A stretch of 64,000 nt of DNA, taken from contig OZ037773.1 of assembly GCA_964035545.1 (NCBI GenBank), positions 4,989,751-5,053,750 on the forward strand, in the 5' to 3' direction. A model generated the notes under the pieces. It saw nothing but the letters and a program-made list of their open reading frames with translations, did not search any database and was not told the DNA's origin. This DNA comes from Bugula neritina (taxonomy: Eukaryota > Animalia > Bryozoa). The translations under genes and the position numbers were made by a program. This document shows positions 26,003 to 51,244 of the stretch, piece after piece. The number at the start of each line of letters is the position of its first letter. Positions within the stretch are counted from its first letter, which is position 1.

Positions 26003-27014
26003 CAAAGTCAGTTGTGTGAATACAGTAATGGAGGTGTTTATCGACAGCTAGTTAATGAGTCGTGACTCAAAGAGTGTGACATTTGTTCTGCTATTTGAAT
26101 CACGTGCACTGATCATGTTTCCTAGGATCTCCACAGCATGAAATATTATGAAATTTCCTAAATTTTATTATTTAAATCTTATTTGTCAATAAGATCTGTT
26201 TTTTATTCCACATTGTTACAGATTTTTATAAAATGTAGAGTTTACAAATTGCAAGTATTTTTCTTTTATTTACATACTCTACATGTAAACGTAAATACAG
26301 CAAATTTATACTTGACATTTATTTATGTCCTTTGTCTTCTCAATGCATAAGATACAAAAATTTACTGCAGTTGAGTTTAATCTTGAATCATACAATTGAT
26401 GTATGGTTTCACAGTTAATACAAGAGCAAAGCAAACTCTAATATAGATTGCAACTACTCACTAATAATTAGTAACTGATATTGTCACAATGTAAATCTTT
26501 CATAGGTAAATCTTTGATTATTTAATTCCAGAAGGTAAATTGATGCCTTCTAGACATGGTAATGCTGAAGATAATAAGTTGATACATATAATACACACAT
26601 GCTTTTCTTAATAACGTTTACTCCAACTAGACCTGTGATCTTTTATCAACTATAATCCAATAAGCTTGTAGATATATAAAAATATTTATTAAAATACTAA
26701 TAATGAAGAATAGAGAGACTGCTAACAACTGCTATAATGGTAAACAGTATTTAATAGTATGATGCAGGCAGAGAAAAAGAATAGTTTTAAAGAGTGTTAA
26801 TAAGTTAATAAGTACATTTCCCTTCCACATTCCTCCATCAGTGTTTTCAGTAGTTTTGATTTCTGAAATGGCCTTGGCCAAAATTTATCATTCTTGGTTT
26901 ATGTTATTTTTGCTTATTATGAAATAAAATACCAACTTTCTACAATACTAATGAAGAATTTTACCAGATTAAGGTTAAATAAGCTATGATATATCATAAA
27001 ACCAGGTAGAACTA

Positions 27015-28240
27015 CTACAAGGCGTCTACGGTGGCTGCAAACGCTGTGATCTCGTTACTTATAAACTTTGTCAGCTCAGCTTTACTGGCTTTAGGATTTT
27101 TCTTCACGTATTCACTGATAGCAAGAATTGTTTTCGCCTGAAACATACAATATAAGCATAAAATAGTTTTTACATAATATAGCAAGCATATCAGTGACTT
27201 TTACAGTAAACCAGGGTAATATATTGTAACTATGGGAAGTAAGATCTGCTACAAACTGAATACAGAGTAATCCCATGTATCTCGTATTCTAAGTATGGTG
27301 AACTCACACACAGTTATTGATTTTGTTATTATGTATAACTCTAGAAAATCGTTCAATATATTTCTAGCTAATAAGGTAAAGATGGTTTGATAAATAGTAG
27401 ACTTTAAACATAATGAATGTAGCTAAACAATTCTGTTTAAAATTTTACTCAGATGGACAGCTATGTTAAAGAAATTGCAGAAAATCTACTCTCGTGTGTT
27501 TAAAACTAAATAATTGAAATTTTTTTTCTAAAATCAAAGAAAGAGTATGTACCTGGGCAGCATCTATCTGAGATTGGTTATTTACTCTACTCCAAAGATC
27601 TGAGGCCACACGGAACTGGGTCACTTGTTCCAATGTTTTCTTACTGGAGTCGTCCCCTTTCTTCAACCAGTTTAGCAAGGCCAACTACAACAGAAGAACA
27701 CAATTGCTATCCTAAAATTAACACCTATAACACAATGATTACTATACGAGTGACCTCTCAAAAAAATTTTAATCAACACCTTGATAACAATGAAACTGAA
27801 AACAAAAATAAGAAAACTACGTAAAAATAATTTGCAAAATCCTAGAAAGAGAGTAGTTTAATTGAAAATCTATCGGCCAACACATATTAGCCCTGTATAT
27901 TTACTTTAAATCTTTTAGCAATCAACCTATTTACTCAGACTAAGAAAAGTGGCCCTCTATATATGGTAGAAATACAGTTTATTGCATATGTAAAAGAAAT
28001 ATGCTAAAGAATATACTTGCACGTATTTATATACATACTTATCAATTTACACAATAACATCATGGGCTTTAGTTGGAGACTAGAAGATTAGCTAAGAGTG
28101 CTAACAACAACAAAATGAAAGTTTAAAAGTATAAAAATACAGCATAGCATGCAGACCTGTTGAACCAGTTCACCGGTTGATCCAAAACCTCCCGGGTTAA
28201 GCAAATTTCCCAGTAACCCAGCTCCACTTAGATTACTCAT
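27015..28240 (-). CDS. Uncharacterised 112-aa protein. Exons: 28157-28240, 27553-27684, 27015-27137
   Basis: CACCATG start, two phase-0 GT-AG introns and a tandem TAG TAG stop. Translation: MSNLSGAGLLGNLLNPGGFGSTGELVQQLALLNWLKKGDDSSKKTLEQVTQFRVASDLWSRVNNQSQIDAAQAKTILAISEYVKKNPKASKAELTKFISNEITAFAATVDAL*. Confidence 0.8.
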
Positions 28241-28345
28241 GGTGTTTAATTTTTTTCACTACAAATATAACATTATTAATAGAAATTGAACTAAACATTG
28301 CAGCATTTGAATTTATAACACCAGCATGCAAGTAGTATTAAGTAA

Positions 28346-28556
28346 GAGAGCAGCCGTGGTCTAGCGGCTAAAGCACTGGCTTAGTAAACACGAAGTCATG
28401 GGTTCAAACTCTAGTACATGCCATTGATGATGTTAGGAAGAGCATCAAGTCATAATTGCTCCTGTTTCACATATGATTAAGTCCTTGGCCCACTTTGAAA
28501 AAAATACCCCATTCCATCAGGGGTTTCTCACAGGAATAGTGACTATAAACTTGCGT
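28346..28556 (+). mobile_element. tRNA-derived SINE copy (full length)
   Basis: GAGCAGCCGTGGTCTAGCGG (A box)...GGTTCAAACTC (B box)...GATGTTAGGAAGAGCATC...GACTATAAACTTGCG. Confidence 0.88.
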
Positions 28557-30856
28557 GATTTCTTTTTGTAAGTATGAAAATAGTATTTAGTATTCGAGAT
28601 CAGCAATTTAAATCATCATCAACTGCAAAAATGTTATGTCCATCTTTGATATATATTTAGCATTCAACTGCATCCCGAAATTAAGTTGATAGTAGACTAC
28701 TTATAAGGTAACATTTCATGGGTGATCAGTACATGCAAAGGAAGATTCTAAAAAGATGTGACTAATATCTGATAATAGTAATCACAACAGTAAAATATAT
28801 TCATTGCAATAAATGCTTCCCATGTTTTTAATTATCACCAACAGCCAACTTAGGTTTGGCTTATTTGTTGATGCTAAAATGAAATTTAACCTTAAATTAT
28901 TCAAGTTACTAACAATGATAAATATCAAAGATAAAATGATAGTGAGTATATAACATAATCATGAGCGTTGCCTTACTATAAAGAATCAAACTAAAACACC
29001 TGTAAATTTAGCTTTTGATTTACACAAGTAAACCTGATTCGTAAGTAAATATGAAAATAATACATGTGGTAAACAGATAATTTTAAATTAATTATAACAA
29101 TTTTAAATAATCAATTCATATATTGATTACTTTGATCAACAAAATGGGTTATAAGGGTTAAAATTGGCTAGTGATACTGATTATGATATTACTAGTAGCT
29201 GTAGTGACTCTAAATTCAGTTGAGTGTCTGCTCGAGAACAAAATTTAAAAGGTGCCTTTAACTTTTCGAGTTAGCCTTTTTAATAGTATTGATTTTTCCA
29301 CTATTTTTCAAATTTTTTGAAAAAGAAGTAAAAAAAAATAATTGAAGAGATATTATTGTCCTATGAGTGTTTCAGTAGAAAAACAAAAGTTGAAAATGAA
29401 AATCAAAACTTTTGTTCCAACTTGAACCAGAAGTGTAAAATTTCTTATAAATATAAGTGAGTATAACTATAAGCAGTAGAGTACTATAATACTAAAAGTT
29501 GTATTAATACTAAACTTAATCTATAAGTAGAAGTATAAAATTACTATTAGTATTAGTAAAGTAGTAGTACAAGTATTACTATAACTATTACTGCGTTTGT
29601 ATCGCTATTAATCTATTAGCAATTGGTATGAGTATTAGTTAATGTTATTATTAGTAACAGTGCTAGTGTAGCTTGCAATTTATCACCCTGAAAGGGAATT
29701 ACTATCAGTCATTATGTATGTGTAATTCAATAAATGACTAAATCATTATACCTTTGAATATCTTTGAATACTTTTGAAGATATCAATTACAAGGAACACT
29801 CAATGTTATAGACGCGCCTCATTTGGTTTACAGTGTGAAATTTTTTTGACTACAGGTTAAGTAAAACTTGTGTTAATTTTTGTACATGCTTTCCTGGTGT
29901 CTCTAAGACTAATACCAATGGCTTTGGTAAGAAAACACTAAAAGCAAAGGACTAAAACAGTCACTGTCAGGATCACTATGAGTATGAGTATCATTAGGAC
30001 TGTATGAGTATGAGTATCACTGGGAGTATAATTATCAGAATTAGTAATAGTTAGTAAATTAGTATCACTCCAAGTCTATCAAATTCACTTTCAATATCAC
30101 TGTCAGCATCCCTATCAGTATAAATGAAACCATTTGGAATATAATGCGGTTTATAGTCTTTAGCAGATAAGCTACAAGCTAACCTGAGGTGATTGTCTAA
30201 CTGCCTTACAAGCATTCGGATTTCCTACCAGCTTGTACGGCTTGGATATTGGCTATTGTGAGAGTGAAAGTAAAGACTGCACAGGGGACTCTTACGCAGA
30301 CTGTCGAGTAAGTAGGACCTTACATTTCACCATTAAAATCCAAATACTAATAGTAATATCAATACTAATAGTAATTATTAATACTATTACTATTAGTATT
30401 ACTATCAGGCTTAGCATTAGTATCACATTTACTTTTAGTTTTACTACATTATCATTATGATATTCATATTGATAGATTTACTTTTAGTATTATTATTCAG
30501 TATTGCTATTAGTATTACTATTACTATTAGAGTATTAGTATTAGTATTAGTAATACTGTATAACTTAAACTATAAGTGTATTACTATTAGTATTAGTATT
30601 ACCGTTACACTTACTGCATTAGTATTACTATTAGTATAACAATATAATTACCAATTAGAATTACAATGTTAGTCGTAATGATAATGATATTCATACTGAT
30701 ATTCATATTGGTAATGTATACTTCAATTGAGTTATTGACTAAAACTCAAACTCAAAGTTACTTCAATTTGAATTTCAAGGCATACAACAGTCAGATATTT
30801 AATAATCATAAAACTTTGTTATAGTTGCGAAATATATATATATATATATATGTATA

Positions 30857-30889
<33 letters not shown>

Positions 30890-31131
30890 ACATATACACC
30901 TATAGACGTTAGTAGGTATAGAGCAATATAAATAACTATAATATAAATACACAAATATTAATATAAAATACTAATCATAATGTCGAGTTGAACTTGAAGT
31001 TCTGTACTGTTTACGGAAATGATATCATAGTGTTGCAATGATTACCAATAGAGTAGACTCGCTAATACAGCTAGCAATTGAATATTGTTAGTACTTATTT
31101 CTAACCTTATATCTTTTATTTTACGCATGTG

Positions 31132-31203
31132 TCCCATATGGTCTAGGGGTTAGGATTCCTGGTTTTCACCCAGGCGGCCCGGGTTCGATTCCCGGTGTGG
31201 GAA
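31132..31203 (+). tRNA. tRNA-Glu (anticodon TTC)
   Basis: 72-nt cloverleaf TCCCATATGGTCTAG...CCTGG TT TTC AC CCAGG...GGTTCGATTCCCGGTGTGGGAA, followed by a TTTT Pol III terminator. Confidence 0.97.
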
Positions 31204-32274
31204 CATCTTTTGCTTCAGCTTTTCTTATTTTTTCTACTACATGTTTCAAACTGTTATATTTCTTTATGAGTGACTATAACATTAGGCTTACCAATCAGTA
31301 ATACCTTGAAAAATGTCACCAACGACTTCCATGTACTCACAATTCTTGAAAAATCCTTTTCGATATAACATGCATATTTGTAAATTTGCTTCTACTTCAA
31401 TTTTTTATTTTGTAATACTATACTTATTGAATCAGTTGTTCGAACTATGCCAACAAAAAGTTTCTAAGAAAATATCAAATAAGATATTTTTCAGCCTCCA
31501 GTTAACTTAGAAGATCTATTAAAGTTTCATGTTGTCAATAATGATCTAGATGTCCGCAGCGAAAAGAGTATTGAAATATTTTTAATCAACATTCTTCTTA
31601 AATATGTTATTGTTAGAAAACTAGAAAACATGTCAGAGAAATGTCGACCAGAACCATATAAACACTTTGATTTCGGGAGGGCATTAAGATTATTATTGCT
31701 AATATGAAGTCTTAATTTCAAGTATACAAAAAATTAAAGTTCTTATATATGTGGACAATAATTAGGCTACAAACCATACTACCTGTTCTCTGCTACAAGT
31801 ATCATCTAAGATCAAAGGGTTGAAGGTCACATCTGTCTATGATTAGTTGAATTGGTCTGCTATTAAATTCAATTTTGGGGAGATGATTTGTAATTGTTTC
31901 GACCAGAGCTGAAAATTTAGATTAATTTCAAAAACAAAAAATAAAAATAATAATTTCTCAAAAAATTAACATATTAAGTTTGTATTAAACGTTGTATTTG
32001 TTTCTGGTTCGAGGCGGTAAACATAAACGCGTGAGTGTTGGTCATCGAGGTTATTACTTTCGCATTTATCAGTCGTCCTGATACTCGCAGTCATTGTCAC
32101 CATCATTTTTATGATAATACTAAATATAATAGTAATAGTGAGTTTATGAATAAAGTTAATAAACTAATTTTAATCAAAGCTACTATGAATTAGGCATTTA
32201 ACTTTGAATTTACATTGACTATTAAGTCAAATCGCTATTGACCCAGAGCTCTGAGTATAACAATTACATTTATA

Positions 32275-45546
<13,272 letters not shown>

Positions 45547-46596
45547 GTGATGAATCTTATTGCTGCCGCTCATTTACTCTCACCTTGGATCTGGTATGTT
45601 TCATGGAGGAACCGAATTTTGTTGACTTTTATTTGGCAGCTAATTGAAAACAATATTCTTCTGAATATACTTGGTTTGCCTTTTGAGTGGTAACTCGCAA
45701 TGTGAATGTTTTCTAACAAACCTTTTCAGCAACAGTCAGTTTTTTATTGATTGTTTTATTTTAATAAATTATATTTGTCTTCTATAGCAATAATAATTAA
45801 TAATATACTTGTGATATGATTGTTATATTGTGCTGTAACACTGTGATATAGTGTAATACAATATTACATGTTATAATTTTGCTGGTATATATCAATACAT
45901 TTAGTTACAATACTACCGGTATTAAGTTGCAGAATGTTGAGCTAGAGATTGTAAATATGGGCGTAAACCCGGGTGACAATCAGGTTTTTGATTGGATGAA
46001 AATAGTCTGCAGGCCTTAGCTGATAATAGACTTTGTGGAAAAACTTGGGAAAAAACGCATTTGATCATTATACTTAATGGTCAATTGTAACATCTAAAGT
46101 TCTCTAGTCTAAAAGACAAACAAATTGAGTTGAACGGTTTGTTTTTAAAAGATATGACTGTTGTCGTTCAGAATTCAGTTAATTAGAACTTATTTCTTGC
46201 ATTTTTATCGGTTTGAGGGTTTTTTCCACCACCCTCTGTCATAGTCATATGACAATGTAAAATACTTTAGCTCAACAGAAAGGTTGTTTTACACCCAACC
46301 CAATGGCTACACTGTCTAAGCGCTAGGGCTAACCTGTCTAAGTGCTAAGGCTAACCTGTCTAGGGCTTTACCTATCTAGCACATGTACAGTTAGATGACA
46401 TACAGTATGATACTTATGTGCTATAGATTCAAACTCCTGGTAGGTGGTGGTTGGTCACATCAAGTCCTGTAAGTTTATTGACATACTTTGCTTTAATTTT
46501 TAAATTTTATTCAGCATTGTTCTAATTTACCATTAAAATTATTCTACATTCTAAATTGGTGCAGCAGAGGTAAAGAGCAGCTCAGCTGAATGTGTA

Positions 46597-47115
46597 TGTA
46601 ACGTCTACCCCAGTTTATTTGATAACAGGTTGCACTGCTGGAGTTTTGCTGCATATGTTTATTGAAACTAACTGGTAACCAACGTGAAACTGCAATAATA
46701 CAATAATACGATTTAACAATAAAGACATTATTGAAAGAAAAATGAAACATACAAAAAATACATAATTGTTGCAAAGCAATGTTTAACATACCTCTATTAC
46801 CCTTCCTGGGGAGAGTTAGAATGAAGTATATAAAATTGTGATGGTGAAAGGTTAATCAAATAAAGAATGACTAGTTAGAACTGCAACAGTCAGTAGAGAA
46901 ATGAAGGCATAAAACACCTTAGCTATTATAACTTTGCTACAAGCTATATAAAGCTGACAGCTATTCTGTTAGCAAAATCATTGTATTGTAATAATGAAAA
47001 CAAAGCTATTTGTGGTTTAAGAAAAAGCTGTGGCTATGTGAGTAACAAAGTGAATATAAGGGTGAATGGTATGCAGTAGTGAGTACTATAATAAAAAAAT
47101 GATCAAAACGCTACA
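46597..47115 (-). repeat. 3' LTR (519 bp, TGTAGCGT...ACGTTACA)
   Basis: TG...CA ends with a short terminal inverted repeat; preceded by the purine tract; its end matches the LTR remnant at 50952-51040. Confidence 0.8.
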
Positions 47116-47119
47116 CTCC

Positions 47120-48550
47120 CACCTAAAATTTAGGATGAAATTTTACTTGGTGCTTTTACTAAAACTACTAATTTACTCAATGGCCTGACGAGCCTTCACT
47201 TCGGGGTATCTATGTACTGTTAGTAGCAGCCTCATGGATTTCACTACTCATTTCAAAACGTTAGACTTGGCATTGACTAGTCAGAAACCATGAGATCAAT
47301 TGTGATCTAGTGTAGGTCCTAGACCTTGGTGAGCAGGAAGTGAGTGATGATGGCTAATTAGTAGCGCGGTCATATGTGCAGATTAGGGTAAGATGATAGG
47401 GTGCTTCTTATTATGTGACAGGGTGATACATTCTTGAAGTCTCCCACCAATAGGAAGTAGAGCTTTTGAGTCTAATAATGGATATAGCGTTGTCAGACAA
47501 CTAGATTTTTTTTCGGAGTCTGAGATGCCTTGATCACGGCGATCTCATTTAAAAAATACGCTGCATGAATGAGTTGAAGGATAGTTTGTTTGGCATTTTG
47601 AAAATTGAACGGGGCATATTTGCTTAAGTGCTTTTGAATTGTGGCAGTTGCTCTGACTGCTCTGTTTTAGTCAGAGAACTTTTCCAAGCATCCATCGAGT
47701 GAAAAGTGAACTGTTTGTGAAATGAATGACATTGATGACTGTTTTACCTCCACGTGTTTAGGGTTTACGTACACCAATGGCTGTGTGGGTAAGATATTAG
47801 GTTCGGTCCTGGGAAATTGTTTCTACTCTCTTTGCAACACATGTGTGAAAACGATCAGCAGTATTACTTATATGGTCAAGGACAACAGTGGAGTCAGAAT
47901 AGAAGTGTGTGCTGATGTTTGAAATGTCAAGTTCTTTGATATATTTTGTGATCGATCTGACAGCACTTGCTGCTGCCTGAAGTTTGAGTCATGAAACTTG
48001 TCTCATTGGTGCGACTTGGGCTTTACCTGAAAGCAGTGCAACATGCACTCGCCGAGTTAACTAGTTGAAGGTATGTGCAGTGATCATAGCACACTGTACT
48101 GGCGTCAGCTAAAGTGTGGTTAAGCAGTTTCCTATGAATCAAAATCATGAGGAGTGAGACATCGAGGTATGGTGATATGATTGACAGGCGTCAAGTCTGA
48201 TTTCCAAGCAGACCATCTGAGTCTGTGAGTGATGCATTCTAATCAAGGTTATTAGAACACGTCTCTTGTAAAATAGTTTTGCCCTAGAGAACAAAGGGAG
48301 CTATCAGACATCGGGGTTCAAAAACTAAGGCTACTGTAGATAGGACACCTTTCCTAGTGTCCGGTTTGATAATGGGTGATGCTGGAATGTGAATTGATCT
48401 TGCGCAGTATCCCAAAGGATACGAAGTGATCGTTCTTGAAGTAATGAATCGAAGGTGAGATCTAGGGTGGCAAGTGTGTTTGCACACTCACTCCTTGGTA
48501 ACTGTGATATGACAGACTTAATGTTGAAGGCTATTTTGTGTAGCCACAAT
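47120..48550 (-). pseudogene. Decayed, frameshifted Pao-type pol remnants
   Basis: ERSLRILWDTAQDQFTF, PDTRKGVLSTVALVFEPRCLIAPFVL, HTLADASTVCYDHCTYLQLVN and VHVALLSGKAQVAP resemble the Pao post-RT and RNase H-like region, in shifting frames with stops. Confidence 0.75.
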
Positions 48551-48650
48551 TGACTGGTTTGACAAATGGACTAAGTTTGTTTGGTGACGGTGATTTGTGT
48601 TGTTTATCTGATGCATTTTGTTGAGAGCTTTGTCTTTCTGGGTTTTATCG

Positions 48651-50147
48651 TTAATCTGGTTTTATGGTGGGTTGCTTGTTTGAATCATTAGATTTCGTTA
48701 GGTTTCTGGGATATTTACGCATTTTGTGAAGAGAAGTTGGGTGCCTTTCTTTGCAGATATTGCAAACAGCAGGAGATCCACATTCCTTGGCAATGTGGTT
48801 ACCATCTAAACAGGCATAGCAAAGGCGTTTGTCTCTTATGAACTCATGAACTTCTGAAAATGGCAGGAGGTTTAGCTTGCCACAAACAGCAGTTTTGTGA
48901 TTGACCATTTTGCAAAATATACATGCATGAATGTGTGTTTTGGATTGCTGTGGAGTGACTTCAGTTTTCTGTGTAGCAAATGTTCTCCTTGGTATCACAG
49001 GTTTTTTAATGATGTCTTGGGTTTTTGTCTTTGCTTGCGTGTTTGACTCATGGAGAACTTTTGACATGTTGAAAGCCTCATTGAAAGCCATCTTCAACTT
49101 CTGGTATTTCTGTGTATTGCTCAAAAACATGGTCGGTTCTAATAGACGTTGCCTAACTAGGTTGATACTTTCAGCGTAATCATCAGGTGTGAAGGCAGGT
49201 TGCCGTTGGTGACTGGAGGTAGTGATGGGGCTTTGATAAGTAGGCTGGAAAACATTCTTTGAAATTTTGGTAGACTGTACAAAAGGATTTGTGGATGGTG
49301 GAGGCGTCATGAACTGTAAGAAAGGGTTTGTAGATGCTACAGGTGCCGATGAAATAATGTGAGGTTGTATTATGTTTTGTTCTGGAGGCTGAGGTTTGTA
49401 AATTATTGGTTGAGGTGGAGCAGCTGGTATAATAGACGGTGATTGGTTTAGAAGAGGACAGGAGCTATCTTTCTCTTCCTCTTCTTCAATGGCTTGGGCT
49501 ATGACTTGCTCTTCAGCCTCCGCTGCGTGTATTTCAGCCTGGAGCTGTTGCTGTTTGATAGCGTTTGCAAGTTGACTTGCTTGCTGTTGTAACTCATAAA
49601 TTAATTGTGCAGATTCTAATTTCTTTCTTAGTGCGGCTGCTTTAGCTTTAGATTTTACCTGCATTAATCTTAGCTGTGACTGTGAGCTAGCACGAGATGA
49701 GTGACTGGATGAAGCCGATTTTGAACTAACAAAGTGACTAGCAGATCCTAAGATCTCGAAGCACTGATTTTCTTGTGCTGGCTCGAAGCCAGCAGCTTTT
49801 GTTTTAGTTGAAAGTTTACTCATTCGATCTATGGCATCACCAATAAATGTTTCACAATCGGAATGCAATCTATCCATTTGATTTCGGACCCGAAGATCTG
49901 GCTTATGGTCTCCTAGCATCTGGCGCCACTCATCATAGGTTCCCTCTAAGTTGTGTTTAACTTGAGATAGTTGGTTTTTATAACTTTCCAATGAGTCGTA
50001 CAAAATATCCTGTTTTGATGCAAAGTGTGAAAATATAGCTTTGTGTAACTCAGCACAGTTTTTGATTTCATTGTCTAGTTGTGCAGCTTTCTGATTAATT
50101 TTTGTTCTTGAAAATATATGGGGTTTTGAGGTGTTTGATTTAGACAT
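48651..50147 (-). CDS. BEL/Pao gag-like protein, 498 aa
   Basis: Intronless ORF with SSHSSRASS followed by a coiled coil, and the triple zinc knuckle CIFCKMVNHKTAVC / CYACLDGNHIAKEC / CNICKERHPTSLH typical of BEL/Pao gag. Confidence 0.85.
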   Translation of the reverse strand: MSKSNTSKPHIFSRTKINQKAAQLDNEIKNCAELHKAIFSHFASKQDILYDSLESYKNQLSQVKHNLEGTYDEWRQMLGDHKPDLRVRNQMDRLHSDCETFIGDAIDRMSKLSTKTKAAGFEPAQENQCFEILGSASHFVSSKSASSSHSSRASSQSQLRLMQVKSKAKAAALRKKLESAQLIYELQQQASQLANAIKQQQLQAEIHAAEAEEQVIAQAIEEEEEKDSSCPLLNQSPSIIPAAPPQPIIYKPQPPEQNIIQPHIISSAPVASTNPFLQFMTPPPSTNPFVQSTKISKNVFQPTYQSPITTSSHQRQPAFTPDDYAESINLVRQRLLEPTMFLSNTQKYQKLKMAFNEAFNMSKVLHESNTQAKTKTQDIIKKPVIPRRTFATQKTEVTPQQSKTHIHACIFCKMVNHKTAVCGKLNLLPFSEVHEFIRDKRLCYACLDGNHIAKECGSPAVCNICKERHPTSLHKMRKYPRNLTKSNDSNKQPTIKPD

Positions 50148-50566
50148 GACTTATTTAGGTAGAGAGCATTAGTTCTTATTTACAGAGAAATTTTGTGAAA
50201 TATTTTCTCATTAATTTGCTACAGTTTATCGCAGCAGGTACAGGACAAAAGTGACAGGTGATGAGGGATGATTGAAGAAACCTATTATTTGATGAGCAGA
50301 TTATGATGAAAAATGTCAGCCAATATCAAAATATTTGATAATGTTCCAAATTAATCCACTAGCTTTGTGATTTCACTATTACAAGTACTAATGTTACAGT
50401 ATTTCAAAAAAATTAAAACTAATTCAGCTTAGTTATATTAAGTTTAACAAAATCAAGATTATAAAAGAAGTGTTGATGTGCTATTACTTAGTTTAAGTGA
50501 TTATAGTAGGTAAGAAACTCAAGTGTTGTAGATTTAAACCACAATGATACATTAGAACAACTTATC

Positions 50567-50785
50567 GGTTGAGTTAGTTGTCTGTTGATCTCTGGCTCCG
50601 TCTGTGTAGTTCTGATGCGGGATGTTGTGCTAGCTGTTAAAATGACGTACTGGTGATGATAGTTGAAACTGAGTGGGTTTGGGTTAGTTGTCTGTTGACG
50701 GCTGGCTCCGTCTGTGTAGTTCTAATGCCTGATGTTGTGCTAGCTGCGGAAATGACGTACTGGTAATGTTAGTTGAAACTGAGTG
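50567..50785. repeat. Two diverged ~110-bp tandem copies in the retrotransposon leader
   Basis: GTTAGTTGTCTGTTGA...CTGGCTCCGTCTGTGTAGTTCT...TAGTTGAAACTGAGTG occurs twice. Confidence 0.9.
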
Positions 50786-51138
50786 CAGACAGGAACTGAA
50801 TCTTGAACTTTACTGGCTTTATGGTTTGTTTTCTGGGTTGATTCTTTGAGTACTCCACTTCAAGGCAATGAGTTGCAGCAGGGTTTGTGTCTTCTTGGTT
50901 TTGGCAGCAACTGCACAGAACTGGTCTTTTCGATAGTAGGTAGAGTTTCACTGTAACGTCTACCCCAGTTTATTGATAACAGGTTGCACTGCTGCAGTTT
51001 CACGTTGGTTATCAGTTAAATAAACATCAACAAAACTCTGTAAATTTAAACATTTTATCTGAAGAGTGTATATTTTAACATACATGAAACTATTAGTAAT
51101 AAAATGTTTTATCAATTTTAACTGTGTCATTTCAATTC

Positions 51139-51244
<106 letters not shown>

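Larger units (their letters stand above)
46597..51040 (-). mobile_element. Internally deleted BEL/Pao LTR retrotransposon
   Basis: Direct repeat TGTAACGTCTACCCCAGTTTATT(T)GATAACAGGTTGCACTGCTG at 46597 and 50952; purine tract TTTTAGGTGGGAG abutting the 3' LTR; BEL-type gag and pol remnants in between. Confidence 0.88.

Noticed and set aside
28346-28420. tRNA-like A/B-box sequences here and at 36769, 57031 and 61687
   Set aside because: They have no proper acceptor stem and continue into a shared repeat body, so they are SINE heads rather than tRNA genes.
29750-30310. Possible non-coding exons (donor-like sites near 29751 minus, 29856 and 30308 plus) suggesting a bidirectional promoter
   Set aside because: Splice-like motifs alone are insufficient without transcript data.
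30233-30639. Hydrophobic ITISIT/VLVLV ORFs (also 18402 and 19243)
   Set aside because: They are products of low-complexity AT-rich tracts.
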